Assembly (NCBI GenBank): GCA_040285825.1
Contig: JAUPSS010000009.1
Coordinates: forward strand, 1 to 64,000
Length of the DNA stretch: 64,000 nt
Direction: 5' to 3'
DNA from: Eukaryota sp. TZLM1-RC
Taxonomy: Eukaryota > Protista > Metamonada: BaSk clade
Numbering within the stretch: the first letter of the stretch is position 1; every line of letters begins with the position of its first letter. Made by a program: the position numbers and the translations under genes. Shown one piece after another: positions 35,501 to 44,644 of the stretch. The notes beneath the pieces were generated by a model. The model saw nothing but the letters and a program-made list of their open reading frames with translations. It was not told the origin of the DNA and searched no databases.

Positions 35501-38500
35501 TCAATATTTTGATTTTGAAGTATTTAATTACTATCCCACTTCCAGCAGGGTTGATTTTCCTACTCCAATAGAAATTCATGGGCAAGATTTTCCAGATTTG
35601 TCTAGGGAGCATATCATTTGTAAATGGGGAGATTTAAACCCCACAACCTTGGGAACTTTCCATAATTCCTCTCTTGTCTATTGCCGAGTTCCAGATTACA
35701 CAATTGTTGAGCAAGATGTTTTACTGTATCTAAGTCTTGATGGTGGTTCTAACTATGAATACGTTGGTCCTTTCTTTATTGAACCCTCAGGGGCTGAAGA
35801 ATGCCGCTCTCCGAATGCACAGATCACGACTAATGATTTCTCTGATTTGTTGTCGGTAGGATCATTTGATTTTATTCAGAAGCGGGCTTTTAGAGTGGTT
35901 TATAATTTACCAAATATTGCTATTGGATCTCAAGTTGATCCTTATGACGAAATTTTCCTTCCCGATCATACCGCCACAATTGCAAACTTTTCTGCATTAA
36001 CTGACGGGGATCGTTGCTGCCTCAAAACCCCTCAAACGCTGGGTAAATGTGGAGTGGAATTTACAACGCCAAACTATGTTTCTGTTGTCTTAAAGTTGGA
36101 TAGACCTGCTGCTATTAACAATATCATTACTGCTTGGGAAAACCCTTGTTATTGCCAACCTGTGACGTTTACAATTTCTTCTCGATTGAATGTTGATTAC
36201 AGGACAAATGAGAACCTAAACCCCTCAAATTGGACTTTTCACAGAATTCATTACACCGGCAGAGGTTCTCTTCCTCCACATTTGGAGTTTACGAATCCCA
36301 GAGTCTGTCCTCATATTGTAGGAGATTCCAATGACGTCGCCTTATGCCTTGATCCCTTTAGAGAAGCTATCGTTGCTGATGAAATTCTCATTGAATGGGA
36401 TAATAGACTTGAATCCAGGCAGAGGGGATGGCTTTTGGAGATTGAAACAGAAGGAATGTTTTTGAATATGCCCTTCAAGTTGTATGTTGATCAACCAAGT
36501 ATCTATGTTGATACTGATTTCGATGTTTTAGTTCCCTTCATCAATGTTACTACTTTGAATTATTTAGGGGAAAATTTGGCTGGTCTTGAGACTTCTTATG
36601 ACCTCGTTTGTGTTTCTATGTTTGATTCATCCAACAATGATGTTTCTTATCTCATTACGACAGAAAGATGTAGTAAAACCAATTTTGGCAATGTTGTTTT
36701 TGATAGCATTAGGTTAAGCTCTCCACCTCATGGTGATTTTGCCTTTGTGTTTTCGTCAGACACTGTCTACTACAATGCATCTATTGACCTCAAAGTCGAA
36801 TTTGGACCTCCCAGATTTGTTAAACTTCATTCGCCTATTGAATTAATTCAAGTTCACACTTTTTTTAATGTTTCATTAGATTCAGATATCTATTTAGCAT
36901 TCGAAGATGCTGATCACAAAGATGTTGACCTCTCTAAGGCTGATTTCTCCATGGTCTATCTCTCTCTACGTTACTTGGATAATCTCAATGACACTGATGA
37001 AATAGTTTATTCAATTAGCGACTATTCTGTTGAAAATTTCCAAGACGATCTCTTCATGATCCCTTCTACCTGTATAGAATTATCAACTCCCCCTATTGGG
37101 TTCTTTGAAATAACTTTTTCGACAGATTCAACTTATAATGAGACTTTAATATTTGAAATTTTGCCTGGTGCTCCTGACCACATCACTGCTGAAATTTTTG
37201 ACATTATTGAAAACGACGTTCCTATTGAGGGTTTGATCTCTGCGTCTATTCGGGATTTTATGGACAATATTATTGAAGAACCCCCTCTAGTAATCAAGAT
37301 TTCTGCGATCAACACTAATAATTCTGTGATTCTTTTATCAAATGATACTGACAGCACAGTGAATGGTATCGCTACCTTTGACGATCTTGTCATCACCACC
37401 CTTCCTTCAACATTTGTTGACCTTACATTCTATTCTACTGAAGGCATTACCCCTGCCACTATTACTGATATACCCGTCAAATCTTGCCCTATGTGGATGG
37501 TTGGAACTTGCTCTACCACTCATTGTGAATGCCAGTGTATTGCGGGAGCTTATAGTATTGATGATCCAAGAGAATCTGTGTTTGATTCAATGTGTCGCCC
37601 TTGCAGTAGGGGTACTTTTAAGGAATTTCCTGGCGATGGTACTTGTACGCCTTGCTCTGCTGCTCTTACTACACGGGAAGAAGGCTCTGTGCTTTCAACT
37701 GAGTGTTATTGCCCGGGAACACAGTATTTACAAGTTGAAACTGAATGTCTTCCATGTCCCGAAGGTCTATTATGTCTCGACGGACAACCAAATGGTACTG
37801 TTCCAGGTTACTGGTCCTCATCATTTGACTCTCCCAATGCTTACCAGTGCATTACTCCCTACTGTCTTGGTAGAAATGATCCCAGCCTCACCAATGATGA
37901 CGTTTGCGAAGGGGGGCATTCTGGACCTCTTTGTCAAGTATGTGCTGATGGTTACACTTTAATGTCTAATGCATGCTCACCCTGTAATGACTCTGTCCTT
38001 ATAGACATTCTTATTCTCGTTGTTATTGTTGTTTTAATCTTTGGTTATTTAATTGTCCTCATACGAGGTTCCAGGAATCCCAGATCTACTCAGTCTCTTT
38101 ATATGAGGATCCTTACCAATCACACTCAAGTTTTGTCTTCTGTTGGAGACTTTGGAGTTAGGTGGCCTGGTGCTTTGAGGGCTCTGTTTGGAATTTCTGA
38201 GATGGCTGGTGGTACAGTCGAATTGAAAGCATTGGGATGCACGTTTAAAATGGACTTTTTTTCACAATCAATAGCTTACTATTTGCTTCCCTTCTTTATC
38301 TTAATCATTTTGTTAGCTTGGTATGCCCCAAAATCTATTATCAAAAAGGATAAATACCTCAATGACCCAGCTAAGAAGCGTTCTATTCTAGCCCGAACCT
38401 TTGGTAGGGCTGTTTTGGCAGTTTTTTATTTCCTTTATACTTTAATTACAAAAAGAGCCCTTATGAGTCTGCATTGTGTCAATCTTGATGGTTCTTTGTA

Positions 38501-39524
38501 TTTACAATCTGATATGAGTGTGGAATGTGAGTCGCCTGAATATGTTCCTTTCCAACGTTTGTCGTGGGGAGCATTGATTGTTTATGGTTTTGGTATCCCT
38601 TGCTACTTCTTTTACATGCTTTTCAGGGATCGAAATGAAGGAATGAAGAGAGTTGATGGGAGCGTTCCCCCATCAAGGTTCCTTCGTTCAGGTTACACAA
38701 ATGAATTCTACTTTTGGGAAATTCTTATCATGGTTCGTAAGTTCATTATCACTCTTTTAGTTGTGTATCTCCCTGATAATGTTGGCCTCCAAATCATTGT
38801 GGGTATTTACCTCTTTATAATGTGGATTTTGGCACAAGTTTTTTGCAAACCATTTACAGACTCGCTTGCACATGCTTTGGAGCTTTTGTCACTGTCAGTT
38901 CTTTTTTCCACTCTTGTAGGTTCTCTTTCCTTTGTAGAAGAGGAGGATTACTCTGATGTTGTTGTAATTGTTCTCTTTATTGTGAACTTGGCTACTTTGG
39001 TTATACTAGGTCATGTTTTGTTCAAGTTATTTGGAATTAAAATCAGAAGATTCTTTTTGAATCGTCAAATGAAAAAGGGTAAGGTTTCAGGTCAGGTAAC
39101 TGAACTTACTACTCTTAAAATGATTGCCAATCCTCTTCATCGCTTGTTCGAGGATTCTGACTCGGAACCAGATGAGGAAATGCAAGCAGTTCGCCAAGCG
39201 TTACAGGTAGCTGATTCCATTGCAACACGAAAACAAGGACCTTACACGTTATTTTCTGAAGACATTGTTAGACTTAAAATGGTTGATGAAGATGTCAATA
39301 CTGAGTTGCTTGAAGATGTCGCATTGGAGTTTTCCTCCACTGCTATTGGTATAGTTGATGTCACCCTTTCTTTTGCAAATACCCTAGTTCCTCCTCAGAC
39401 ATTTACGCTTCAGATTTCAGAGTTGGAGGTCATGATACGTTTGAAAAAGAAAGTTATTATGGACTTTTTAGAACTGGATCCAGCCAATGTTTTGAAATAC
39501 ATTCGGCTCTATTTCAGGTGGTAA
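29541..39524 (+). CDS. Giant IPT/TIG-repeat surface protein with Cys-rich repeats and a C-terminal multi-pass membrane region (3327 aa)
   Basis: Signal peptide, many PxIxxxxP...GG..I.I.GxNFG repeats, Cys-rich CxPCxxG repeats, about 9-10 hydrophobic helices (YFWEILIMVRK, KPF). Confidence 0.88.
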   Translation: MTDTVLLLLLVVSVLCTPRFFYQFDGGSAQVCDESGDMVNLPITTLPFDIRTSSVSREGLFSHHPSSSTIRWYNNHDIELDQFEGVSYSIISLCLPLAIVQQSDCPTCTYSVAWLDLPSPTILSLTELSITDLPSSCISHVTPRVAYWNPDFTATRWSLVVATDSVISLHYVDHRDVTGSFNVVDEKEFPFESSHVPKLYSVFYDQDSLKVLLSFGNIVQLLDFMDLDYQSFDFDVQSNLIGAACDLDSNFDSSGCFVSFSSDSSTNTYFLNTTTFETDQIINIFSASTFFTLYPALTYIKSFPSAVSDIGETVFVTGSVKESHEVLIELQDHLGKVLKTFSRVVVDYNSFQIPEIPEEMIEEGFLGGNSFTTTFSIGNYDIKGPSILIAPKITGIEQSDRHHTFGGSVIDIYGQGFRPQRPAEELYVFAFLDGLRDCTFTRYISFEQITCTVPEGYGGPWNVAVRIGQAVSNTSSEFQVLYEPPIITSFSPTVSQTQGGIYMDIYGLNFGSSSAPRTAFIGPFPCDVTRFVSHTRLRCLSSTGAGKDLVVSVDVGNVTSEYSMDEDLFFSFVEPSVIFVSRKILAYDGGSVIQISGSNFGDDPKFLNIMIGDQFPCINPTFTHHHYAFSCTTTPGSGIDLDITIDVQGQGVRFPADLRYERPVVYEIVPTESTYNPSNTIEIIGRNFGHLHSEILVLFGDKSAEYERISDNKLIATVPWLASPEIFVVVETDKQRSSRNITFSTPPPEIHEVSTLTLPTNGGNITIHGYNLFGDSIELSLDEELIYPVENYFYIENEMDVLTFEIHEGVGNDLELFLTVSSRIAKTFSPLPEVLLFSYEPPVITMVEPLSGSPDFVSVEIDGLNFGIDLAATPSDFVSVKIGDFGHCQTVSFSGSRIVCDYVEGGGKYLPIIVTVAGQDSDPFSSTFSFDNPIVTSVNPQIVGTDGTQQISLFGTNFGHLDTEFIIELRSFDNHFPQDPISCFNHRRWSFGEISCFFEPSVGTNFRPFVKVEGLSNEETIQEHPETLISFELPVINSVSPNIGPTAGIDLTITGSNLGNDKSFVIVNVGEFPCDVTKLSSSELTCTLSPGHGDSLLLSVSVAGQEALSPRQLFYSYFTPVVAEFYPKEVVTEGEEITFVGSNFGQFPQLVDISFVGIDSKAREFRIPCSVQNVEDSLLTCILEPGIGLYLVPELDFNGHLIKLYNDTLSFKFPVFDSIDVIGSLSASGNQNFILFGSNFSPGFERFYHFYIGNIPVTNVEISSTSTLTITTPSLIGEFNLALVLFDYVIFANDIVLSFEPPVLDSIITPIVSQGSHVSLEILGENFPDPQLFFSVTHANLKVSISNNSTQINCLNPLIKSTTIITCIIEDHYFINPDDLFDLELILFNFSLLLPNCLSFEPPIIDSLSQYFDTSSRHLFLVNGENFGNWVHNVQLHYGDDSLCSDVTIHSNSLLSCKPKEGLELPSYFTPQLRLNSFNADMGGLFTIVLDDEDEPSPLNSLTIPESLLLFDLNVNIFDFYCIFSSLTPENVTFSSQLTPQYQSLGCQTPSVSGIYNVVVTDSASRNDSDSVIECPVDIGVFDVSSIEPNFLSNSGGKLTLLGNGLVPDAFHTLSAKVYSDGNHVDDLHLKSIKITSTTSLEVEFPPFSYTSLNQPILRIQLNEQDGLDVDLPILDIFNHLPIKSPKTVDSYMVFNTTVRYLNYFSSVNAYFPPLLKYEIKCENVQVSLYNTLELFPEFDFSISIPSEERLQYFCRDYSKLNLTSEPNVMLSLSLISSINNLQNFYNVSRFEAIRFYPDQAPSTGNIPITIFGDLVYPSFCDGTFIEGCPVLFFGYNISVPLVPGNETGSLSCIVPPLFDVFPDYDLPIFFSSPYMVPLRVSYSNLFEQSFEFDQLFEFFADFHVDSVFPLSSDLKGGVEVVFEGTSLGLITPSIVSIQLSNEVVVSEFSVIDSNSFSLTTPPSFSVGFLSNIIVTVNEIVILDFSFQYFDFEVFNYYPTSSRVDFPTPIEIHGQDFPDLSREHIICKWGDLNPTTLGTFHNSSLVYCRVPDYTIVEQDVLLYLSLDGGSNYEYVGPFFIEPSGAEECRSPNAQITTNDFSDLLSVGSFDFIQKRAFRVVYNLPNIAIGSQVDPYDEIFLPDHTATIANFSALTDGDRCCLKTPQTLGKCGVEFTTPNYVSVVLKLDRPAAINNIITAWENPCYCQPVTFTISSRLNVDYRTNENLNPSNWTFHRIHYTGRGSLPPHLEFTNPRVCPHIVGDSNDVALCLDPFREAIVADEILIEWDNRLESRQRGWLLEIETEGMFLNMPFKLYVDQPSIYVDTDFDVLVPFINVTTLNYLGENLAGLETSYDLVCVSMFDSSNNDVSYLITTERCSKTNFGNVVFDSIRLSSPPHGDFAFVFSSDTVYYNASIDLKVEFGPPRFVKLHSPIELIQVHTFFNVSLDSDIYLAFEDADHKDVDLSKADFSMVYLSLRYLDNLNDTDEIVYSISDYSVENFQDDLFMIPSTCIELSTPPIGFFEITFSTDSTYNETLIFEILPGAPDHITAEIFDIIENDVPIEGLISASIRDFMDNIIEEPPLVIKISAINTNNSVILLSNDTDSTVNGIATFDDLVITTLPSTFVDLTFYSTEGITPATITDIPVKSCPMWMVGTCSTTHCECQCIAGAYSIDDPRESVFDSMCRPCSRGTFKEFPGDGTCTPCSAALTTREEGSVLSTECYCPGTQYLQVETECLPCPEGLLCLDGQPNGTVPGYWSSSFDSPNAYQCITPYCLGRNDPSLTNDDVCEGGHSGPLCQVCADGYTLMSNACSPCNDSVLIDILILVVIVVLIFGYLIVLIRGSRNPRSTQSLYMRILTNHTQVLSSVGDFGVRWPGALRALFGISEMAGGTVELKALGCTFKMDFFSQSIAYYLLPFFILIILLAWYAPKSIIKKDKYLNDPAKKRSILARTFGRAVLAVFYFLYTLITKRALMSLHCVNLDGSLYLQSDMSVECESPEYVPFQRLSWGALIVYGFGIPCYFFYMLFRDRNEGMKRVDGSVPPSRFLRSGYTNEFYFWEILIMVRKFIITLLVVYLPDNVGLQIIVGIYLFIMWILAQVFCKPFTDSLAHALELLSLSVLFSTLVGSLSFVEEEDYSDVVVIVLFIVNLATLVILGHVLFKLFGIKIRRFFLNRQMKKGKVSGQVTELTTLKMIANPLHRLFEDSDSEPDEEMQAVRQALQVADSIATRKQGPYTLFSEDIVRLKMVDEDVNTELLEDVALEFSSTAIGIVDVTLSFANTLVPPQTFTLQISELEVMIRLKKKVIMDFLELDPANVLKYIRLYFRW

Positions 39525-40419
39525 GGGTTCATGATGATTTTGTTAATTCATGTTGTTTAGTAAATTTTATTGCAGTTTTTATTATCTTTCTAAAAAGTGC
39601 ATCTCTCGTCAGATTTTAGTATGAACCACTAGTAGTTCTAAGCAGTTCACTAGTGAAGTTAAACTGAGTAAAGTACACTTGTTGAAACATATTAACTGAA
39701 AATGGTAAAGGTATCTCTGTGGTACATGACACGTGGTGATTTTCCACCAAATTTTAATATGATTTACATTATGAAAGATTTTCCTCGAAACCCTAACCAA
39801 AATGTTCAATTCATAACTGAGTTACAAAATGAATTTTGATGGGTACAATTGTTGGCAAGAAACGTGTCAAAATTGTCTTTGAAGTGTTTTAAAATCATTT
39901 GCAGCATTTTTAGCCACCAATCCACCAGTTTCCACTGGTGGATAGCCAGTTTCTGGATAGTAGTTTCTCAAATGCTCGTACTGCATCTTTTTCACAAGAG
40001 AATCTTTAGATGGTTATAGAAATTTAACTTTGAGGAGGAGATGACTGTGACTTTATGATACTAGATGTATTTTTAAGTTTAAAAGTCTAAATTGTTGTAT
40101 CAAATACATATAAATTTTAAATGATCAATTCTCTACATAAATCTTCGCAATTGTTTATTTGAAATGTTCAAGAGTAACGGGTTTATGCCAAAACGGAGCC
40201 TGTACTTCCCTATAGCTCGAACTATTAAGATATCATAAGATGGGGGGAGTTTATTGACTTATTGGGCTGTGGAGTGATTGTCAAGAAAACGTATTGAACT
40301 TCACCACCGTTGATTTTTATAACAGATCTTTAATTTCTTTTGATTTAATGAAATCAGATCTTACCTTTTTAAAATGCTGAACAATTTAAAGTTAATTTTA
40401 TTCCTTGAGGACAGAATTG

Positions 40420-40725
40420 TTGGATGGACTTTGAATATGAGATTTTGTTCCTTATTATGGCCTGACAATTTACCTCATAATTTAATTTGTAAATATAGTC
40501 GAAAAATTTCAATTACTCATTTGTTAAATTGTAAGCATTTTATTACCTTTAGAAGCAAGGTTCATGATGCTGTCAGAGACCAATTGTATTGTATGTGTAA
40601 ATCTCATAGAATTGAATCCTTTTTGGAACCTCTGTTGTCAAATCTGTTTGATACTGAAGATTATTTTCATAAGAATAAATGAGGTGATATCTTATTACCT
40701 GGATTGGATGGAACCTTCATTTTAG
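40420..40725 (+). mobile_element. Family-G retrotransposon fragment
   Basis: WTLNMRF...WPDNLPHNLIC...HDAVRDQL matches 25955-26255. Confidence 0.85.
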
Positions 40726-40974
40726 TGGTAAAATTGAGTTTAGGTTCAAATTTATTGATGACGTACTTGGTATTGTCCAAAGTTTATTTAATTACTGATG
40801 TTAATGATCAGTTTTGTATTAAATTTTCATAGTTTTATGTTTATTATTGCTTTGTGTCGAATAAACGAATGAATTTCAAAACAGAATTACACTAAGCTTT
40901 AGTTGTTTATAAAAGATTTGGCTCTCGACTATTAATCAGTAAATTCAGCCGACCGAACTTTTTGATCACCATCT

Positions 40975-41026
40975 AATAAAATAAATAAATAGATAGATAG
41001 ATAAATAAATAAATAAATAAATAAAT
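40975..41026. repeat. (AAAT)n/(AGAT)n microsatellite at the 5' junction of a retrotransposon
   Basis: Read directly from the sequence. Confidence 0.85.
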
Positions 41027-42393
41027 ATTAAGTTTTTTAGCCTAAAAATTCACTACTCCGGTAAAATTACTCACATTTTAAGAACAACATCTCCTGATAT
41101 TTTACGTGATTTTTGCCGCTCATTTAACTATTTGAGAACAAAAATTTTTGCATCCTTGATTGATGTCAATCCCGAACTAATTCGAAGTCATGTATTTTCA
41201 TCATCTAATTTTGGTGGAATTAATTTCACTAAATCGTCTATTCTCTGTCAGGCTGCTTATCTTGGTGGAGGGAAAAATTTTGTTTTTGAATTTTGCAACC
41301 GTTTTCCCAATGATATTAATTTATTGAATTTTACAAGCAATAATTTTCTCAGAGACTTGCAAAATGCTCTTGATAGTTTGCCCTCTGAATGTTGGAGTAA
41401 ATGTTTTCCCGACAACGTACAGGAAATACCTAGAAAACTAGTTAATTTGAGGTATTGTGTTAAAAAATTGCAACAAAAGTTAACAATAATTTTTGAAGGC
41501 TTGGATTTTAATGTTCGTCTTGGCTCGGCCAAAAAAGATAATTCCGCATTCGCAAATTTTTTGTTTGATGCCCAAAACAGTTCCTCTTCGTGTTTAATTA
41601 CTCAGATTCCTCAAATTTATGGTCTTCTTTTAAATGATACCGAATTTTCTTGTACAATGCGCCTTCGTTGTTTTATTTGGCCTCATAATTTGAATTGTAA
41701 ATGTGGATCAAAAATTTCTCCAAATCATTTATTCAATTGTAAACCTTTTATTACTTCCCGATCAAAAGTTCATGATGCGGTAAGAGATCAACTCTATTGT
41801 ATGTCAAAATCACATAAAATTATTTCCTATTTAGAACCATTACTTTCCCGTTTGGTTGATGAAGATACTTTGAATTCGTTTGGTCGAAATAGAGGTGATT
41901 TAATGCTTGAAGGTCTTGAAGGTACTACCATTATTACAGATGTGAGATCCACTGATGTATGTAATGATTTTTTTATTCCAATGGCTCAATCAAAATATAG
42001 GGACCCCTTAACTGTTTCTGAAAAAGCCAAAATTGACAAATACAAAGCAAAATTGTTATCCTTGAATGCAGAATCGCATACTCATTATGTCCTCTGTCCA
42101 TTTGGAGTTTCCCTTCATGGCACGCTTGGACCTCTTGCTTTGTCTTTTCTGGATGATTTTGTTGATATTGTGAAACAACGTACTGGAAGAGTTTTTGACA
42201 AGAGTTTCTGGCAAAACAGAACTGTATTTTCAATTTTCAAAGGTGTTGATCCCTTATTATCTTCAGCTTTGTTATCTCTTGGATGCGTTTATGAATGAAG
42301 AACCTCCAGTCGATTCTTCTTGGCTGACTTGGGTTATCAAGACATAGAATTTTAACCTGGTCGTATAGTTTGTTTTTTATTGAATAAAAATAA
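41027..42393 (+). mobile_element. CRE-like retrotransposon 3' half, family I
   Basis: ORF 41132-42298 with GGINFTK, CKCG...HLFNC...HDAVRD, RGD, DV, KIDKY, PFGVSLHG. AATAAAAATAAA end. Confidence 0.9.
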
Positions 42394-42918
42394 AGAGTTC
42401 TAATATGAAGAACAAATTTAATGATGAAAGTATGAATTTAAAACTTCATTATTATGACCATGAATTTGCTAATTTCTGTAATTAGTTCTTCCACACCTAT
42501 CATCACTATCGTTTTTATATCGTGTTTAAAGAATTGTATTGGTTGTTCTTGACCAGGGTAACAAGAAATTGGGCGAAAATGTGTAAGGATAGTGACAATT
42601 TTTGGTTAAATACTTACATTTTCAAATCATAAAAGTATGAAAACATTATACGTGAATCTAACCCAATAGTCTTAAATGTGTAATGACAATGTGTTTGAAA
42701 TAACAATGACAAAAAGTCGGCTATTCGCTCATTAGTTTCACCCCCGCAACAACTGATCATTCTCATAACCATTTCAGTTATTTACATCAAACAAATAGAA
42801 TTTAATAAATAAGAGACCAACATTTATTGATGATCAAGATTATAAATAAACAATTACAAATTAAAAGAAAAAAACTAAAATGACAAAAATAAAATTACAG
42901 TTGGAAGTGTCAATAAAC

Positions 42919-43337
42919 CTAAAGAAATTCTGCACCTATTCCACGGATTCTAAGATAAGTACATAACTGAAGTAAACAAGCCTTCTGGCGAGCTGCATAT
43001 CTCTCACAAAAAGAGTGACCCTCTTGGCATGGATTGAGCAGAGGTAGGCATCCTCAAACAGGTGAACAAGGTAACTTTCTGCAGATTCTTGTAGAGCTTC
43101 CATGGCTTCGGATTGCCATCTTAACGGCTCTTCCGATAGTGACATTGCAATCTCTTTGACAAGTCTCGCAAATGGCAGTCTACGTAGCAAAAGATTTGAT
43201 GTTTTCTGGTATTTTCGTATTTCCTTAAGTGCTGCAACACCTGGGCGCCTAGATCGACGAACGGTAGGGGCTGGTCGAGACGTAGTTGATGCTGCAGGTT
43301 TCGATCTTATAGGAACCTGTTTCTTTTTCGGAGGCAT
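42919..43337 (-). CDS. CENPA: Centromeric histone H3 variant (CenH3/CENP-A), with a predicted 32-nt GC-AG intron (42981-42950)
   Basis: Histone fold with a non-canonical tail, LPFARLV (Q68>A), LRWQ (F84>W), FEDAYLC (T107>A) and a longer loop 1. Splicing restores [13 protein letters not shown]. Confidence 0.88.
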
Positions 43338-43364
43338 GATGTATAACAAGCAAGAGGTGGATAT

Positions 43365-43735
43365 TATGGTCTGTGATTTTCACTCCAATGAATTCTTTAT
43401 CTGAACTCTCATTTTCCAGTACTTCAACCACCTCAACCACTTCCACATGTCTAAACTTAACCATCCGGAGATGATCAGCTTAGATCAAAATACGTTGGAT
43501 TTGAAGACTCTTATTGAGGTCTTCTAAAAGGTAGGGGTCTAGTGTTCAAAAAGTACTCGCTCACTGCAATTTTCCCACTGGTTTCTCGATGCAGAGATAT
43601 CTATTGACCAAACCATCCCACATTCTGGACATGCAAAATAGGCTTTAGACATTTTCCTTTCTCCATTCTCTATGAAGTAATGGTCTTCATGGAAAACTTT
43701 GCAACACTTCACTTTGCCAATGTATAGTGTTCAAT
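43365..43735 (-). mobile_element. Fanzor 3'-end fragment, family C copy 2
   Basis: EHYTLAK/VKCCKVF...YFACPECGMVWSIDISASRNQWE/IAVSEYFLNTRPLPFRRPQ*, plus a non-coding tail shared with 21692-21830. Confidence 0.82.
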
Positions 43736-44644
43736 ACTCTCTCTTATTTTGGTCTCTTGTGTTGTTCTTATGGATTGTCTTTTCTTATTCATTCTTATTT
43801 CCCTCGTTTACCTTCTTTTCCGAGCCTTATAACTTCCCCTGTACTTGTTCTACCTGCTTTTCTACTCATTTTTGACTCTTTTTACCTTATACCTGCAGTT
43901 AATTCCCTTCTTGAAACAATTGTTGAAATCGCCGTAAAACCCTCCACTTTGATCATCATAAACGATGTTGTCCATCATCATAATCATTTGAATAATAGAT
44001 ATGAATGTGTAATGTATGACAAAGTTGTTTATTAACTATTACATCCACTATTACTTTGAAAACATTCCCATTTTTTAGTATTTTTAGATCAAACACACTA
44101 GTTTTGTACTGTAGTTGAAGTTTGTAAATTCAGATTGCTTTCCGTCAAATCAACCTATTGTTAAATTGATTTAGCTTGAGTAAATAGAATAGCTTAATCA
44201 CTATGGTTTTGTGCATTACAAAATTGAAATCTAGTTGAAAGCTGCTGAACCTTACAAGGGAAGCGGCATAGGTTGCTGAGGAGAGGGAGTTGACAGAAAG
44301 ATGAACGTCCTTCACTTGGAATTAATAAAACAAATTATTTTCTTCTATTCCGCTTTCTTCTTTTTAAAAGATTTTTATAACTGATCATCTCTTCTGAATT
44401 CATTTTTTATAAATAAATAAAAACATTTTTATCACTATGTATTCTGTCATCACTAAATATATAAATACTAAATAAACTGGAAGTATCACAAGAAGGAGAA
44501 GACAACTCCTGGAGAGCAGATTTAAAATACACTATGCTGAAGGTGATAGTTTTATCCATTCAATGTAAGATATTGACAAATGGTGGAATCGGATTCCTAA
44601 TAAATTTAATAAATTTGAAATTCCATTTAATTCACCTTCATCCA

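Noticed and set aside
42919-43337. CENP-A gene as evidence that the satellite is centromeric
   Set aside because: Where the gene lies says nothing about where the protein binds.
44230-44330. GC-richer intergenic patch as an ncRNA
   Set aside because: No tRNA, snRNA or SRP motifs recognised.
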